Part shown: piece by piece, positions 13,119 to 26,254 of the stretch
How positions within the stretch are numbered: position 1 is the first letter of the stretch
Layout: each line of letters opens with the position of its first letter
Assembly (NCBI GenBank): GCA_025201805.1
Contig: MU619380.1
Location: 11,884-75,883, forward strand
Direction: 5' to 3'
Origin: Parasitella parasitica NRRL 2501
Lineage: Eukaryota > Fungi > Mucoromycota
Length of the DNA: 64,000 bases
Position numbers and translations under genes: made by a program
Notes under the pieces: generated by a model
Databases searched by the model: none
Seen by the model: only the letters and a program-made list of their open reading frames with translations
Told to the model about the DNA's origin: nothing

Positions 13119-15336
13119 GGCGGATGGTAGCTGATCCTTGTCTGCAATTGCTTTCATCAATACTCGATACCCCTTTTTTCAATCAATAAAGCGTTCTTTC
13201 TGGTATGACGTACCACAATGATAAATAGCATACAATAACCTGAGGACTTGGAGAAACCCTACCAACGCAAAAGGAGCAAAAGTGTCCACTGGCCAAAATT
13301 CTTTTAGAGATGGACAAAACGCAATGGCAGCTGAATCTCAGGACACAACATAATATGTAACAAAGAAAATAAAGAGTGTAAGCGCCTCCTAGCTATTATT
13401 AGAGACTATCCAGTTGGTAATAATTGAATCAACCAAATCAAATCAGGATACGATGCTCGTTTTCATCATCTAAACACCTGCGCTCATTATTAGCTATTAT
13501 GTCTGTTGTGATTTTAAACTATTTCTCGAAAAGAGTCTCTCTAGATAGTAACTATACGTACGCCGTCTATGTAATGCAATTGCACAAGTAGTACGATGAT
13601 AGATAATTCAATCAAATTTTACCCACCATTGTGATTATATTCAAAACGGATCAAACCCTCCAAGGAAAACCAGGTATTATACAACGTGTACTTGTCTTGT
13701 TTGCTTTATCAGATGTTTCGCCAAGTGGCTTTGATATGCACATTACCATAAGCACCTATGTGAAGAGGGGCTAAATGGTTTGAGCTAAAAGAGGAAGATT
13801 TTCGATCTGGAATTCCTAATCATAGCAGATTATTCAACTACCAATTCTTACATTCGCTGGCTATCTGGTACCCTTACCGGCAACGTCTGAGCCACTTTGA
13901 TAGGCTTTTTTTTTTTTTCACATGAAATGAGTCAGTAGGCACACTATCAAATGCTAATAATATATGTCTTTTGCGCATTTCCATTAAAGAGCTGGCAGGA
14001 GATGTAATCCATAATCAGATGTTTCTGATTAAATTATGCGCAAAAATTGGCTTTTAAGCTTTTCATTGTTGCACTAGCATCACATAATAATGCTGCAGAC
14101 AACAAAAAGAGAGCACTTTGGGGCTCCTTTGCTTTGTGGACATTTGGGTTTTGTGTGGCTTTTTTTAACCGTTTGATCAGGCACACGGATTGACAGCGGT
14201 TTTAATGCTCAGCTAGTTTGCAATCACCCAATGACAGAAATCGCGTTATATTAGACATTCCATCTACAAACGGTTATCAAACCTGGTATTCTGGTCATTC
14301 TATTTTTTTTTTTTTTTTTTTTGCGTTATTCCTGCAAGTGTAAAATGTTGTAAAAGGCACGCGAGCAAAGTAAGGTTAAGGATCTTTCGCACTGTCTTGT
14401 TAGTTATAAATGGAAGATTAAATATAATCATGTTATTAATAGACGAGTCATAAGCAGGAAGCTGAAAATACTACTAAAAATCTAGATCAAAGGGTGGAAT
14501 TTAATGTGATACAAGGTAATTGGATTTTGCTGAGAATTGTTGCCATGTTGTCTTTATCCAAGACACCTCATATCGCAAATTGGGTATGCGATGGTATACA
14601 TGTACATGAGGGTACACAGTTGAAAGCACACAGACAATTAAGCTGTAACAGGATCGACATACTGTATGGTAAATGAGTAGAGTATAATATACAAACCAAA
14701 GCGGAGATGGCGCACACCTATTCCTACACACCATGTTGTAAAGATATCGAATGTAACAAATAAATTGCCATGAAAATGGGCTATATAATAATAACAATAA
14801 TAATAACAATGTATATATATTATTACATGAACATTTTATCGATATTCAAGGGGATATGTGTATTTCACGGAATCTCTTTCTCATCATCCCCTTTTTCTCC
14901 CCTGCTCTCCTCCACCCTTTCTCCTGATCTGCGAATAGGTATCTATATTACATACAGCATAGGGAGTACGAAATCTAGACTAAATTCCGCTTCGGAAGGG
15001 TACCAAGTTAATTTGCAATCGACCAGTGCATACTTGTCATATAAATCATACCGTATAAAAATAGCCCCCTTTCCAACTGTCTGATTCTTACTTCTCCTGC
15101 TCTTGTAACATAATTCAATATTCTCGGGCTTTTTAATTCGTTATTGCATCCCGTGCTTTATAACCTCTCTTTTCTTTGTACTTGAGCGTTTCCTCTTTCT
15201 CTCTCTCTTTCTCTCTTTCTCTCTTTCCCTCTTTAATTTTTTCTGAGATAATAAAACATCTTGATTTCTTTATATATATTTTACCCCTTAAAAAGAAAGC
15301 AAGACAAAAGGAAAAAAAGTTGCCACTTATATAAAG

Positions 15337-18300
15337 ATGCGTCCAACTAGACATGAATCAAATTATGCCAATGTCGGTGGAAATGGACAATCAGACTACG
15401 GTTACCAACAGCCTTCTGACAACTCTTTTCACTACAACAACGGAGGAGGAGCAGCTTCGTCGATCGGGAGACGCCCCACCACACTGGGCAGAGCACCCAC
15501 TCGCCGTATCGTGCCTGGAGGCAACTCAATTGCTAATGCTAGTCATAATGTACAGCGCGGCCGCACACTGATTCGCCCTGACCGTTATCAAGAGCCTGCA
15601 CCGCTCTTGACGGGTAAGCCCACAGCAAGCCGTAGCGTATTCGACCCTTGGGTTTTGTTTTCTCGCATAGTTACGTTTTGGGCATTGCCGCCCATGCTCA
15701 AAGCGCTCAAGATGGGCGATGCTGGCATGCAGCAAGCCTGGAGAGAGAAAATCACACTTTGTTTCATCATTGCTTGCATGGGCGGTTTTGTGGCCTTCAT
15801 TACAATCGGCCTCAACTCAGTCCTGTGTCCTCCAAGCCATGCCAACAATCAAGCCAACTATGCTTCGTATAACGACACAATCCAAGCACGTAAGTCTATA
15901 ATATCGATGCTGCAAACCTTGATTAACTCTATTTTTTTTTGTGTGTGTGTGTGTGTGTGTGTACCATACAGCCAATTTGTTGGGTGTCCTGGGCTGGCAA
16001 TTTAATGTAACAAACTCAAATCCCACCGGAGGCCTCGATTTCTACGATCTGGCTACTATTCCAGGAACCGATATCACAAACTACTTTCTTCACGGCACCA
16101 ATATTCCTGACTGCACAAATCCTGGAAACGCAAAAACCTTGGCTTTCACTGCCATCAACAGCAATCCCTGCTCTGCTAATAACGGCGTTGGCGGATGTTT
16201 GTACGGCGACACCTCAATCGCAAACCTGCGCGGCACCTATGGCCTGGTCAACATCTCGCGCCAAGTTGGCTACGATTGGTCACAGTTTGCCACTGCAAAC
16301 CTGACCTATTTCATTGTTATCGACGGAAATGTGTTGAATATGGAACCCTACATAAAGGCACATCCCCAGCCAATCCCATCCGACGCTTTAGATGGTGTGA
16401 TTCGTGGTTTGCTGAACAGTAGCTTTGCTGAGGGCGGTCGCGACGGCACAAAGATGTTTTTTAGGAGGCCAGAATTCAAGGCGTCCATCAACTGCCTCGT
16501 TCAAAAGTACAGGGCTGGCCATATCGACAAAAGCACCACTGGCTGTTTTGTGTCTTCAGTGGTGCTGGCAGCCTCTCTGGGTATTGTGCTGGCCATTGTG
16601 CTGGCTCGTTTTTTTATGGCTTTGATCTTTTCTTGGTTCCTTTCTCGCAAGCTGTCGCGCACGCCTCCGCCTGTACCTCCCTCTGCCGCATCAGCCGCCG
16701 GCAGTGTTATGATGAGAAATCAACAAACAATGGAAATGTCAGACATCAAGCCTGGCATGATGCAGCGCAACGACTCTGGCAGTACATTGACTCCTGCAGG
16801 CGGTGCGGTTGGTAAGAAGGTCGAAGTCGGAAACGATCTGTACACTGTGCTCTTGATTACATGTTACTCTGAGAACACCGAGGGCATTCAGGCTACGGTC
16901 GAGTCGCTGTCAATGACAGACTACCCTGACGATCGCAAGCTGCTGTTTTTGATTGCTGATGGTATTATTACAGGCCATGGCGAAACGATTTCCACGCCTG
17001 ACATGTGCTTGTCTTTGCTGACGTTTGACGAAAACGAGCCCGGCATGAAGAATCCTGAGGCTATGCCCTACATTGCTGTGGCTGTTGGCTCCAAACAGCA
17101 CAACTGCGCAAAAGTGTATGCTGGTCATTACGGTAAGTTTGCACAGCACTCTGTAGATAAGCCCCACTATTTACGCCTATTTCAGTATGCAAAGGTCACA
17201 AGGTTCCAATGATTTTGGTTGTCAAGTGTGGCAATCCTGACGAACAGGGCAAGCCCAAGCCTGGCAACCGTGGTAAGCGTGATTCACAGCTTATCCTGAT
17301 GAACTTTTTCAGCAGAGTTACGTACAACGATCGCATGACGCCGCTCGACTACGAACTCTTTAAGAAAATCCAGTATTTGATGGGAGTTACACCAGACTAT
17401 TTCGAGCTTGTGCTCATGGTAAGTACGGCTAAGCTACGTGCACGACGATCCCCTCTAAAAAAAAAAAAAAAAATTGCTTAGGTGGACGCTGATACCAAGG
17501 TGTACCCTACTTCGATGCGACTGCTGGTCAACTGTATGGTAAACGACAACTTGATTATGGGTTTGTGTGGTGAGACCAAGATTGCCAACAAGAGAGATTC
17601 GTGGGTTACAGCTATTCAGGTGTACGAGTACTTTATTTCCCATCATCTGGCAAAGGGTTTCGAGGCTGTGTTTGGTGGTGTCACTTGTTTGCCTGGCTGT
17701 TTTTGCATGTATCGTCTCAAAGCTCGCAAGGGCGATGGCGATTGGGTTCCTATTATTACAAAGCCCGAGATCGTCCAGGAATACTCGTCCAACACCATCG
17801 ACACCCTCCATCAAAAGAACTTGCTGCTTCTCGGTGAGGATCGCTTCTTGACCACGCTTATGCTTCGTAACTTCCCCTTCCGTAAAATGGTGTTTACCCC
17901 TCATGCTATCTGTAAGACTATTGTCCCTGACGAATTTAAGGTGCTCTTATCGCAGCGTCGTCGCTGGATCAACTCGACTATCCACAACCTGTTTGAGCTT
18001 GTCCTCGTCCGCAACCTGTGCGGTACTTTTTGCTTCTCGATGCAATTCGTGGTCATGATGGATTTAGTGGGTACTTTGACCCTGCCTGTAGCCATCATCC
18101 TTACCGTAGTCCTTATCGTCAACATGGCGCAGACTCAAATCAACAGTCTTAGTGCAGCACTTCCCCTGATACTCTTGATCATTGTGCTGTTCTCCCCAGC
18201 ATTCTTGATTTTGATTACAACTCGCAAATGGGTCTATTTGATGTGGATGTTGGTGTACCTGTGCGCGCTGCCCATTTGGAATTTCGTGCTGCCCGTATAC

Positions 18301-18969
18301 GCTTTCTGGCATTTTGACGATTTCTCCTGGGGTGAAACTCGTAAAGTAGAGGGCGAAACAAAGGAAGATCATTCCAAGAAGGACGGTGTATTCGACCCTT
18401 CCAAGGTGCCATTGAAGCGCTGGGAAGACTACGAGCGCAAGAGAGTGAGAGCAAATAAGAGGCGCGAGCGCAAGGAGAGACAAATGCGTGAAATGGGCCC
18501 AACTCATTTGATGCATTCAATGCTACCTTCTGAAGAAGACGAGTCGAAGCGTGGATTATTAGAAGATGACTCAGTCTCTCAGATGTCTTATCAGGCCGAG
18601 CCTAACATGGCGGCCCCAGCTCACTACTTTGATCCCTCAAAGGAGGCTCCTGCCAAGGCTGGATCAGGATATTACCCCACTTATAGACCTCAATCAACCG
18701 CACCTACACCAGTCCCAAAGAATAGTATACCATTACAACCCCACCCTACAGCTCCTGGTCCATGGGGTCCTCAGCAAAACTATGGATCGCCTCAAACGCA
18801 CCGTAACATCCAGTCTCCTCCAATGAATCAGCAAAGAGGTCCACAACAACGAGGTCCAATGAGTCCGCCTATTCATCAACAACAGCAACATCACCCTCAA
18901 CAACAATATCCTCAGGGACCTCAAGGCCAATACATGAACAACCAACAAGGCCAATTCCATGGTTTCTAA
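15337..18969 (+). CDS. chs: Chitin synthase, division 2, class IV (Chs3-like, no myosin motor)
   Basis: AWREK, cytochrome-b5-like region, [45 protein letters not shown]. Introns ~15889-15971, ~17132-17186 and 17419-17481. Confidence 0.96.
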
Positions 18970-19554
18970 TCGTCAAAAAAAAAAAAAAGGATCATCTCTT
19001 ATATATTATAAATCTTTTTCCATTTTGTGTATCTTTAGTTTGAGCATATATATTTCCCCTTTTTCCTCTCTACATATCTTTATTTTTGTCTTTCAGCCAA
19101 GATGAATCTATCAAACAAGTAATGAAATAAAACCAACTTTTTTTACCATGATCAATGCAAGAGAGTAATGCCACCCTTCCTTCTCCACAAATGCATGTCC
19201 AAATCAAGATCAGAAAAACCTGTCTGTTTAGCAACATTTAAATTAAAGGTTCCGTACTTGTGCTGAATATACGGTGCGGCTGGAAAGTTGTCACCGTATT
19301 TCTATTTCTTTTTCATTAATTACAAGCTTCCGGATTTTGGTTTAAATTTCATCGTCAAGATGTAATAATGATGAGCAGTTCGTCATTGAGATGGCACTTT
19401 TTCCAATATGTTCTTTTCAGTGTTACCATACCAGTGTTTTTATTTAAAAGGATTTGTTCTTAGAGTTAATCTCTCTCTTTCTCTACTTTCAACATTAATT
19501 TTTAAGCTTACAAAATGGTTACTAGGTATCAGCAGTGGGCGCAAAGTTGTTGTA

Positions 19555-20117
19555 GACATATACATGTTGGCAAAGGACAGAAATATCATTGCCAGGCAGA
19601 AGCATATTTTATTACGGAATACGAATCAAGTCAGCTGTGTTGGGCTGAATAGGGAAGGAGCCATTGCCAATATCAAGCAAGAAATCAGCAAAATTTTGCA
19701 ATGAGGTGGCCAATGCAGCGTCATGTAATGACATGGCTTGCTAAACTCTCATGCTTGTTGTTAATTCGAGTACTTGTACATGCAGCCAAAGATTTGAGGT
19801 CAGAATGCATGCTTGAATAATTTCTTCTTTACTGCCATGAGGAACCATAGGTAAAATTTGACGAAAATTGCCAACAAATACAATAAATTTTCCTCCAAAG
19901 GGAAAATCTGCCTGTCTTTCGTCTACTTGAATATTTGCTTCAAGACATCTTTAAATGTCCTGTCTACTGTTTCTAGAACATCACAGCATTTCATCGATGA
20001 TTCATCCTAAATAAATATAAGGCTTGCTCCAGGAAATCTTGGTCTCAAAGAACACACAGATGAATCATTGCATCTAAGAGGAATACTAAATTTTGAGTGA
20101 GCAGTACGGCCATCTTT
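19555..20117 (-). mobile_element. Helitron RepHel (PIF1-type helicase) pseudogenic fragment
   Basis: Manual minus-strand translation gives DGRTAHSKFSIP, LIFI*DESSM..ETVDRTFKD, PFGGKFIVFVGNFRQILP, IIQACILTSNLW..LTTSMR and FADFLLDIGNG. These are successive PIF1/Helitron helicase motifs, interrupted by stops. Not in the ORF track. Confidence 0.85.
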
Positions 20118-20729
20118 TTAACTGTAACACTTGGTGCATGAAAGATGGCATTGAACAAAAAAATATGACTGTTTTTTACGATTCAATTTTAAGCGCTGGT
20201 GACCGTTTTTTACGATTTCTATCATTTTAATATAAGAGAAGAAGAAGATGATAAAATGAGTTTCGACATTTTTTCGCATTGAACGACACGACACCCGACT
20301 CGGAATTGACGACAATTCATACCGGGAAAAGTGTAAGAAAGATAGCTAAAAGAATACGGCCCTTTGCTGTCTTATATCATAACCCACTTGAGAGGGAGAA
20401 GAAGAAAATGCCCCATAAAAATGCTACCTTACTTCAAATACCGTACCACTCTTAAAATCCCTCCACAGCTTTGATGTGTCAATTTCCCAGGCGGAAGTCA
20501 AGCCCAAGTAAACTCAGAACTGGCAATATATATATTTCAAGGCGACAACATCTCCATAGGATCTGGTGAAATCGTCTCGGAAGCTACTTCGCGTGCTGCT
20601 GCTGCTAATAGTCACTCCACCTCTGATTTCGGCCGCAGAATAGATGTACTCATTCATAATTCTTGCTACGGTATTCGCAATGAATACTGTTGTGTTGAAT
20701 TTTAGAAACAAGACGCAAAGACGGGACTC

Positions 20730-21190
20730 TTGACATCCCAACAATCGAAAAATATACGTATCAATGGCGCCATCCTGAATGATTTGATGGCCAAAACAAA
20801 CGCAGATGACATTTACTTGATTTATATGGATTTTTGGGGTGCTGATGGATATGTCGCCGGCTTAAAGCTCTTTGAGAATGTACACCTTGTTCATCAAATC
20901 AGCTCTATTCATTTGCCTGTCAATCTCATCGAGCTCAAAGATTTTCGCGCCACCATTAAATTATTGTATCAATGGCGTCAGCATATATTACACCAAAGCC
21001 AAAGACTAGCCACGGGTTACAAGTACCAGCAAGCATGCAGTCATTCAAAGTTTGGATAAAAAGCTGGCTGATATATCATCAAATGTTGCCAGTACTTCTG
21101 TCAGCATGAACCAAAATGGCAGTCTGTCTCTAGAGCATGCATCTTTGGATGACGAGATGACAGACTGCACCAACACTGGCAGTGATGAAG
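20730..21190 (+). pseudogene. C-terminal fragment of a repetitive Mucorales family protein (possibly TE-associated)
   Basis: KNIRINGAIL...MDFWGADGY...IHLP..L.ELKDF...LLYQWR with no clear start, followed by a frameshifted acidic tail. It sits between TE relics next to a gap. Confidence 0.35.
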
Positions 21191-21970
21191 NNNNNNNNNN
21201 NNNNNNNNNNNNNNNNNNNNNNNNNNNNNNNNNNNNNNNNNNNNNNNNNNNNNNNNNNNNNNNNNNNNNNNNNNNNNNNNNNNNNNNNNNNNNNNNNNNN
21301 NNNNNNNNNNNNNNNNNNNNNNNNNNNNNNNNNNNNNNNNNNNNNNNNNNNNNNNNNNNNNNNNNNNNNNNNNNNNNNNNNNNNNNNNNNNNNNNNNNNN
21401 NNNNNNNNNNNNNNNNNNNNNNNNNNNNNNNNNNNNNNNNNNNNNNNNNNNNNNNNNNNNNNNNNNNNNNNNNNNNNNNNNNNNNNNNNNNNNNNNNNNN
21501 NNNNNNNNNNNNNNNNNNNNNNNNNNNNNNNNNNNNNNNNNNNNNNNNNNNNNNNNNNNNNNNNNNNNNNNNNNNNNNNNNNNNNNNNNNNNNNNNNNNN
21601 NNNNNNNNNNNNNNNNNNNNNNNNNNNNNNNNNNNNNNNNNNNNNNNNNNNNNNNNNNNNNNNNNNNNNNNNNNNNNNNNNNNNNNNNNNNNNNNNNNNN
21701 NNNNNNNNNNNNNNNNNNNNNNNNNNNNNNNNNNNNNNNNNNNNNNNNNNNNNNNNNNNNNNNNNNNNNNNNNNNNNNNNNNNNNNNNNNNNNNNNNNNN
21801 NNNNNNNNNNNNNNNNNNNNNNNNNNNNNNNNNNNNNNNNNNNNNNNNNNNNNNNNNNNNNNNNNNNNNNNNNNNNNNNNNNNNNNNNNNNNNNNNNNNN
21901 NNNNNNNNNNNNNNNNNNNNNNNNNNNNNNNNNNNNNNNNNNNNNNNNNNNNNNNNNNNNNNNNNNNNNN

Positions 21971-22745
21971 GCACACATTCCCACAATTCTTTGGTCATGA
22001 TTCATGGTGTTTTGCTAAATCTGGATAGTGCTGAGAGGTATTGTAGAGTTGCATATGGTACAAAGCTTCATAAACACAAAGGATAGTAACCACCATATTG
22101 AAATATAGATATGCACGCCATGCCACATTTCAAATAGCAATACTACCAAGCAAAGCAAAAGGAGATTTTGATTCATTTCTGGCGCCCATAATAGATGAAG
22201 TCAATCTTCTATCCGAAAAAACTCTTGTTGTCAAAGCAAATGGTGAAGCAGCGGTGAAGTGCAAAGTGTATATAATTTTTATAAATGGTGATGGTATCGA
22301 GGCAAATAGAATGCTGAACTTTCAAGGACATATGTCGTAAGTATATTCAAGGTTCCAGCACGCAACGCAACATCATTAATCTATCTTGCACCTAGCACAT
22401 ATGGCTGCCGCTTCTGTATAGCAAAAGGAGAACACCGCACTGATGGAAATAATGCAACTGGCATGTATTTTGCGGACAGAAATGCACCTCTAAGAAGCAA
22501 AGAAAGTCTTCTTTTGAATGACAAGAGCGCACTATTTGTAAGTTCTTGTGGTTACTATGCATATAATATTACTCGGCTTCAAGAATACTAAAAAACTTAC
22601 CACCATCGTATTTTTTCTTAGAGAGATTCGGCTTACGGGATCAAAAAACCAACTGTCTTTGGCAAGCTGACTACTTTTGCTGGTGTTGAAAGCATAGGCT
22701 TTGAAGAGCTACACGCCATTAGTAACATAGCGCTTAGTGTCTTCA
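21971..22745 (+). mobile_element. CACTA/EnSpm (CMC superfamily, Tnp2/Transposase_21-like) transposase fragment with three introns
   Basis: Spliced reading gives LLNLDSAERY..FQIAILP..DFDSFLAPIIDEVNLL..NGDGIEANRMLNFQGHMSTYGCRFC..YGIKKPTVF..EELHAI. The 5' end is lost in the gap and the 3' end is truncated. Confidence 0.75.
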
Positions 22746-23613
22746 AAGAGAAGCGTAAGTACGAGACAGTTGATATCAGCCGCCCATCTACTCCTATATG
22801 CCTCAGCCCTAAAAGAGTACCCACAAGGGAGCCATTAGATATGTATCACTCCCCCAGCAAAAACAAAACAACTAAAGGAAATTAATAGCCGATATTTTGT
22901 CCCATGTGCTGTACCTACCCCTTTGCCTTTATCTAATACCACAACCATTCATATGTATTCATTATTACAAACAAACACAGTGCTAAAATCCCTTTCATGC
23001 TTTATACAATATATATCAAGAAAAATACCAAAGATTAACCTTGTTTGAAATTGGAAGCAATGATCTACATATCCTTCTTGAGCTATGATTTTAAAGCACA
23101 TGTACATATTTTTGTAGAGTAGTTGGAGTAAGTATATTAAACGATTTAAAAACAACCCTGATGTCCCTCATCAAATTAAACCGTTAAACTGTGCAATAAA
23201 ATATATCAAGTTCTTATTGTATATTATTATTGTATTCCAAACACGTTTGAGCATTTGCAGTACTTCATTCAACATTCTATCAACTGTTTCCATAATTGCT
23301 CAAGTAAAAGACCTTTGCAATTGATTTGACTAGAGATTGATCAACTTATTTGTACAAAAACGCTTATCAAATTAACTTCAAACATCATATCAAACTAGTC
23401 ATTTTTTTCTGGGCAACTTAACCTCACACAGGCGAGCAAAAAAATAGGCGGAAGCGCTGTATCAACAAGTTTTTCCCTACTTTTGTAATCATGCTCTGTG
23501 TTACAATTGGTAGCTACTTTCTATCCATATTCCAAATTTGTTGTCATTGGGCAGCGGGACTCTGGTCCATGCAAAATAAAAATCACTGTTCACACTCATT
23601 TTGCAAATAAATC

Positions 23614-25640
23614 ATGGTGCTAGCAAAAGAGACCAACACAAACAACAAACGGCACTATGAGCGGATTCCGTCTGTTGGCGATGAAAGCAGCTGTAGCGCT
23701 GAAGCAGATGTCGATATTCCAAATGCAGATGTAGAAAAAGGAACCTTTTTTGTGTATTCGCTCGTATTTTGTGTTTGTATCGGTGGGTTTTTGTTTGGCT
23801 ACGATACAGGAGGTATACAGAGAAAACGGCAAGGGAAATACATTTGACAGTGGGTTCATTCATTTTTAAATCAGTTATATCTGGCGCATTACAGCCGATA
23901 CAGAATGATTTCACCATGTCGACGAGGCAGAAAGAGTGGGTTGTTGGGGCAACGACCTTGGGCGCCATTTTTGGTGGTTTCTTTGCCGGCTTTGTAAGGA
24001 TAACTCGCAGAATACATCTAAATTTGCTATTAATTCACTGTTCTTTGTACATTAGTTGTCTGACAGATTTGGAAGAAAGGTATGCTTTGATAGAAACAAA
24101 GAAGGGGGCTTTATGCAAATAATGCAATCTGATATGGTAGCCTTTAGTATTGTGCGCTGCTTCGGTTTTCGTAATAGGGTCATTATTCCTTACGTTTGCA
24201 ATAAGCTACATTTCGCTATTGCTCGGAAGACTGGTTGTTGGTCTAGGTGTTGGTATTGCATCTATGATCATCCCCGTTTATATCAGTAAGATCACCCAAC
24301 AACCACCTTTGATTTTTCACGGGCTAATGTCAATTATAGGTGAGGTTGCTCCTAAAAGCTTTCGTGGTCAATTAGCAACTTTGAACACGCTTGTAATCAC
24401 GTTTGGCCAAGTTATAGCCTATGTTGTAAATATCATTTATGCACAAAGACCAAGTGGTTGGAGATACATGTTTGGCATAGGCGCCATCCCTGCTATCATT
24501 CAATTAATAATCATGCCATTCATGCCCGAGAGCCCTCGTCGTATGGTGGCTATCAATGATCTGGCTGAAGCTAAGCGTACTCTTCAACGGATTTATGGAT
24601 CGACAGTCTCTGATGCTTTCATAGATAGTGAAATAGAAACTATACAGGAAGACATGCTCCAAAGCAGCATAGGAACTTATCGAGACTTTCTATTGCCTCA
24701 ATACCTAAAGCCGCTATTAATTGGTATCGTAGTAAACCATGTAAAATTCAACCTTATATTCAAACTGAACACTCATTTTGTGTGGTATAGCATGTATGTT
24801 GCAAGCAGCCCAGCAATTATCAGGGTTCAATACTGCCATGTATTACGCAGCGACCATTCTTCAAATGGCTGGATTTCAAGACCATCAAAACTCGACGGTT
24901 GTGGCCCTGATCGTGGCAGTAACAAACATGGTGTTCACAATGATTGCAGTAACTATTATTGACAAAACTGGCCGTCGCCGTATTCTCGTGTTTACTATGA
25001 TGTCCATGATAGTCTGTTTATTTGCTTTGGGAGGATCTTTTGCTGTCCAGCAAGGAGGATTTATCGGAAAACAAGACACCTGTTTAGGCTACACAAGCCA
25101 TTGTTCTCGCTGCATCTTGGACGATCGCTGTGGCTGGTCCACAGATCAAACTACATGCATTCCAGTACATCGCAATACTGCGATATCAGACGCTACGACT
25201 TTATCGATCTGCCCTGAAAAGCCAACTGATGGCCTGATAACCTTTGTTTTGCTCTTTTCGTTGACGGCATATGTAGCTAGTTATGCCTTGGGCCTAGGCT
25301 ACGTACCTTGGATCATCCAGAGCGAACTTTTCACCCTGTCACTTCGCGGTAAAGCGAATGGCATAGCTACGTCCATCAATTGGGTCTGCAACCTGGTAGT
25401 AGCTTCTACATTTTTGTCATTGACCAATGCTTTATCAGCTGCTGGAGCCTTTTGGCTCTATGCTGGCATTTCAGCCTTAATGTGGGTTGGTATTGTAAAG
25501 TGGGTTCCAGAGGCAAGTATTAGGTTTTTTACTTGAACACTATTTAAACGGATCTTTATTCACACTCATTTTATCTATCCTGCTTACTTTGATAGACATC
25601 AGGTAAATCTTTAGAAGACACTAGTACATTATTCCATTGA
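23614..25640 (+). CDS. Myo-inositol transporter (MFS sugar porter, ITR/HMIT/INT-like)
   Basis: GGFLFGYDTG, DRFGRK, EVAPKSFRG, MPESPR, QQLSGFNTAMYY, DKTGRRR and PETSGKSLE (the last formed across a GC-AG intron). Cys-rich extracellular loop. Confidence 0.93.
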
Positions 25641-26254
25641 GGAATTCATTGGAACCGAGCCTATTGCTTTGACCACCATTATATTATAAAAATCACACTA
25701 GTCTAAAGTTGATAAAAAAAAATATGATCAGTGGTTCTAGAGTATGCACAGAGGAAGTGAGTTATACAAATCACAGCACATCAAGTGCTCAAATAAATAA
25801 TATGATATCATTCAATGCGCTCACTAGTAACAAGGTCATTTATTGTAATCAAGGCAATTATCTTTACAGTATGTAAGCATCAATCTAGGCTGATACCATA
25901 CTATTGCTCTTTTGACAAAAATGATGTCAATAGCTCCATGTCAATATGGTTAGCGTATGCTTAGTATTTGACTCATGAGCGCATCAACAACCGAAATTCA
26001 ACTGATCTTGCTCTTTTTTTTTTTTATATCATACATGTATATTACAAAAATGACTATCCGTCAAGCCAAGGAATAGATAGCTGTGATACCCGGTGTAACA
26101 CCCCACGTCTACTGTACATGAACCAGCACAAACGATCTTATCTTTGTAAAGCTTAAAAATCGATTGTGTGGGAAACCCCGTAATAAAAGAGTAGTAAATT
26201 TTGCTGATAACGAGTTTATTATAGATACATCTGTGTCGATAAAGAGCGACAGCC

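Noticed and set aside
21045-22086. Long ORFs spanning N gaps (also 56192-57022 and 58856-59179)
   Set aside because: They consist mostly of X and poly-K/poly-F from gaps and homopolymers.
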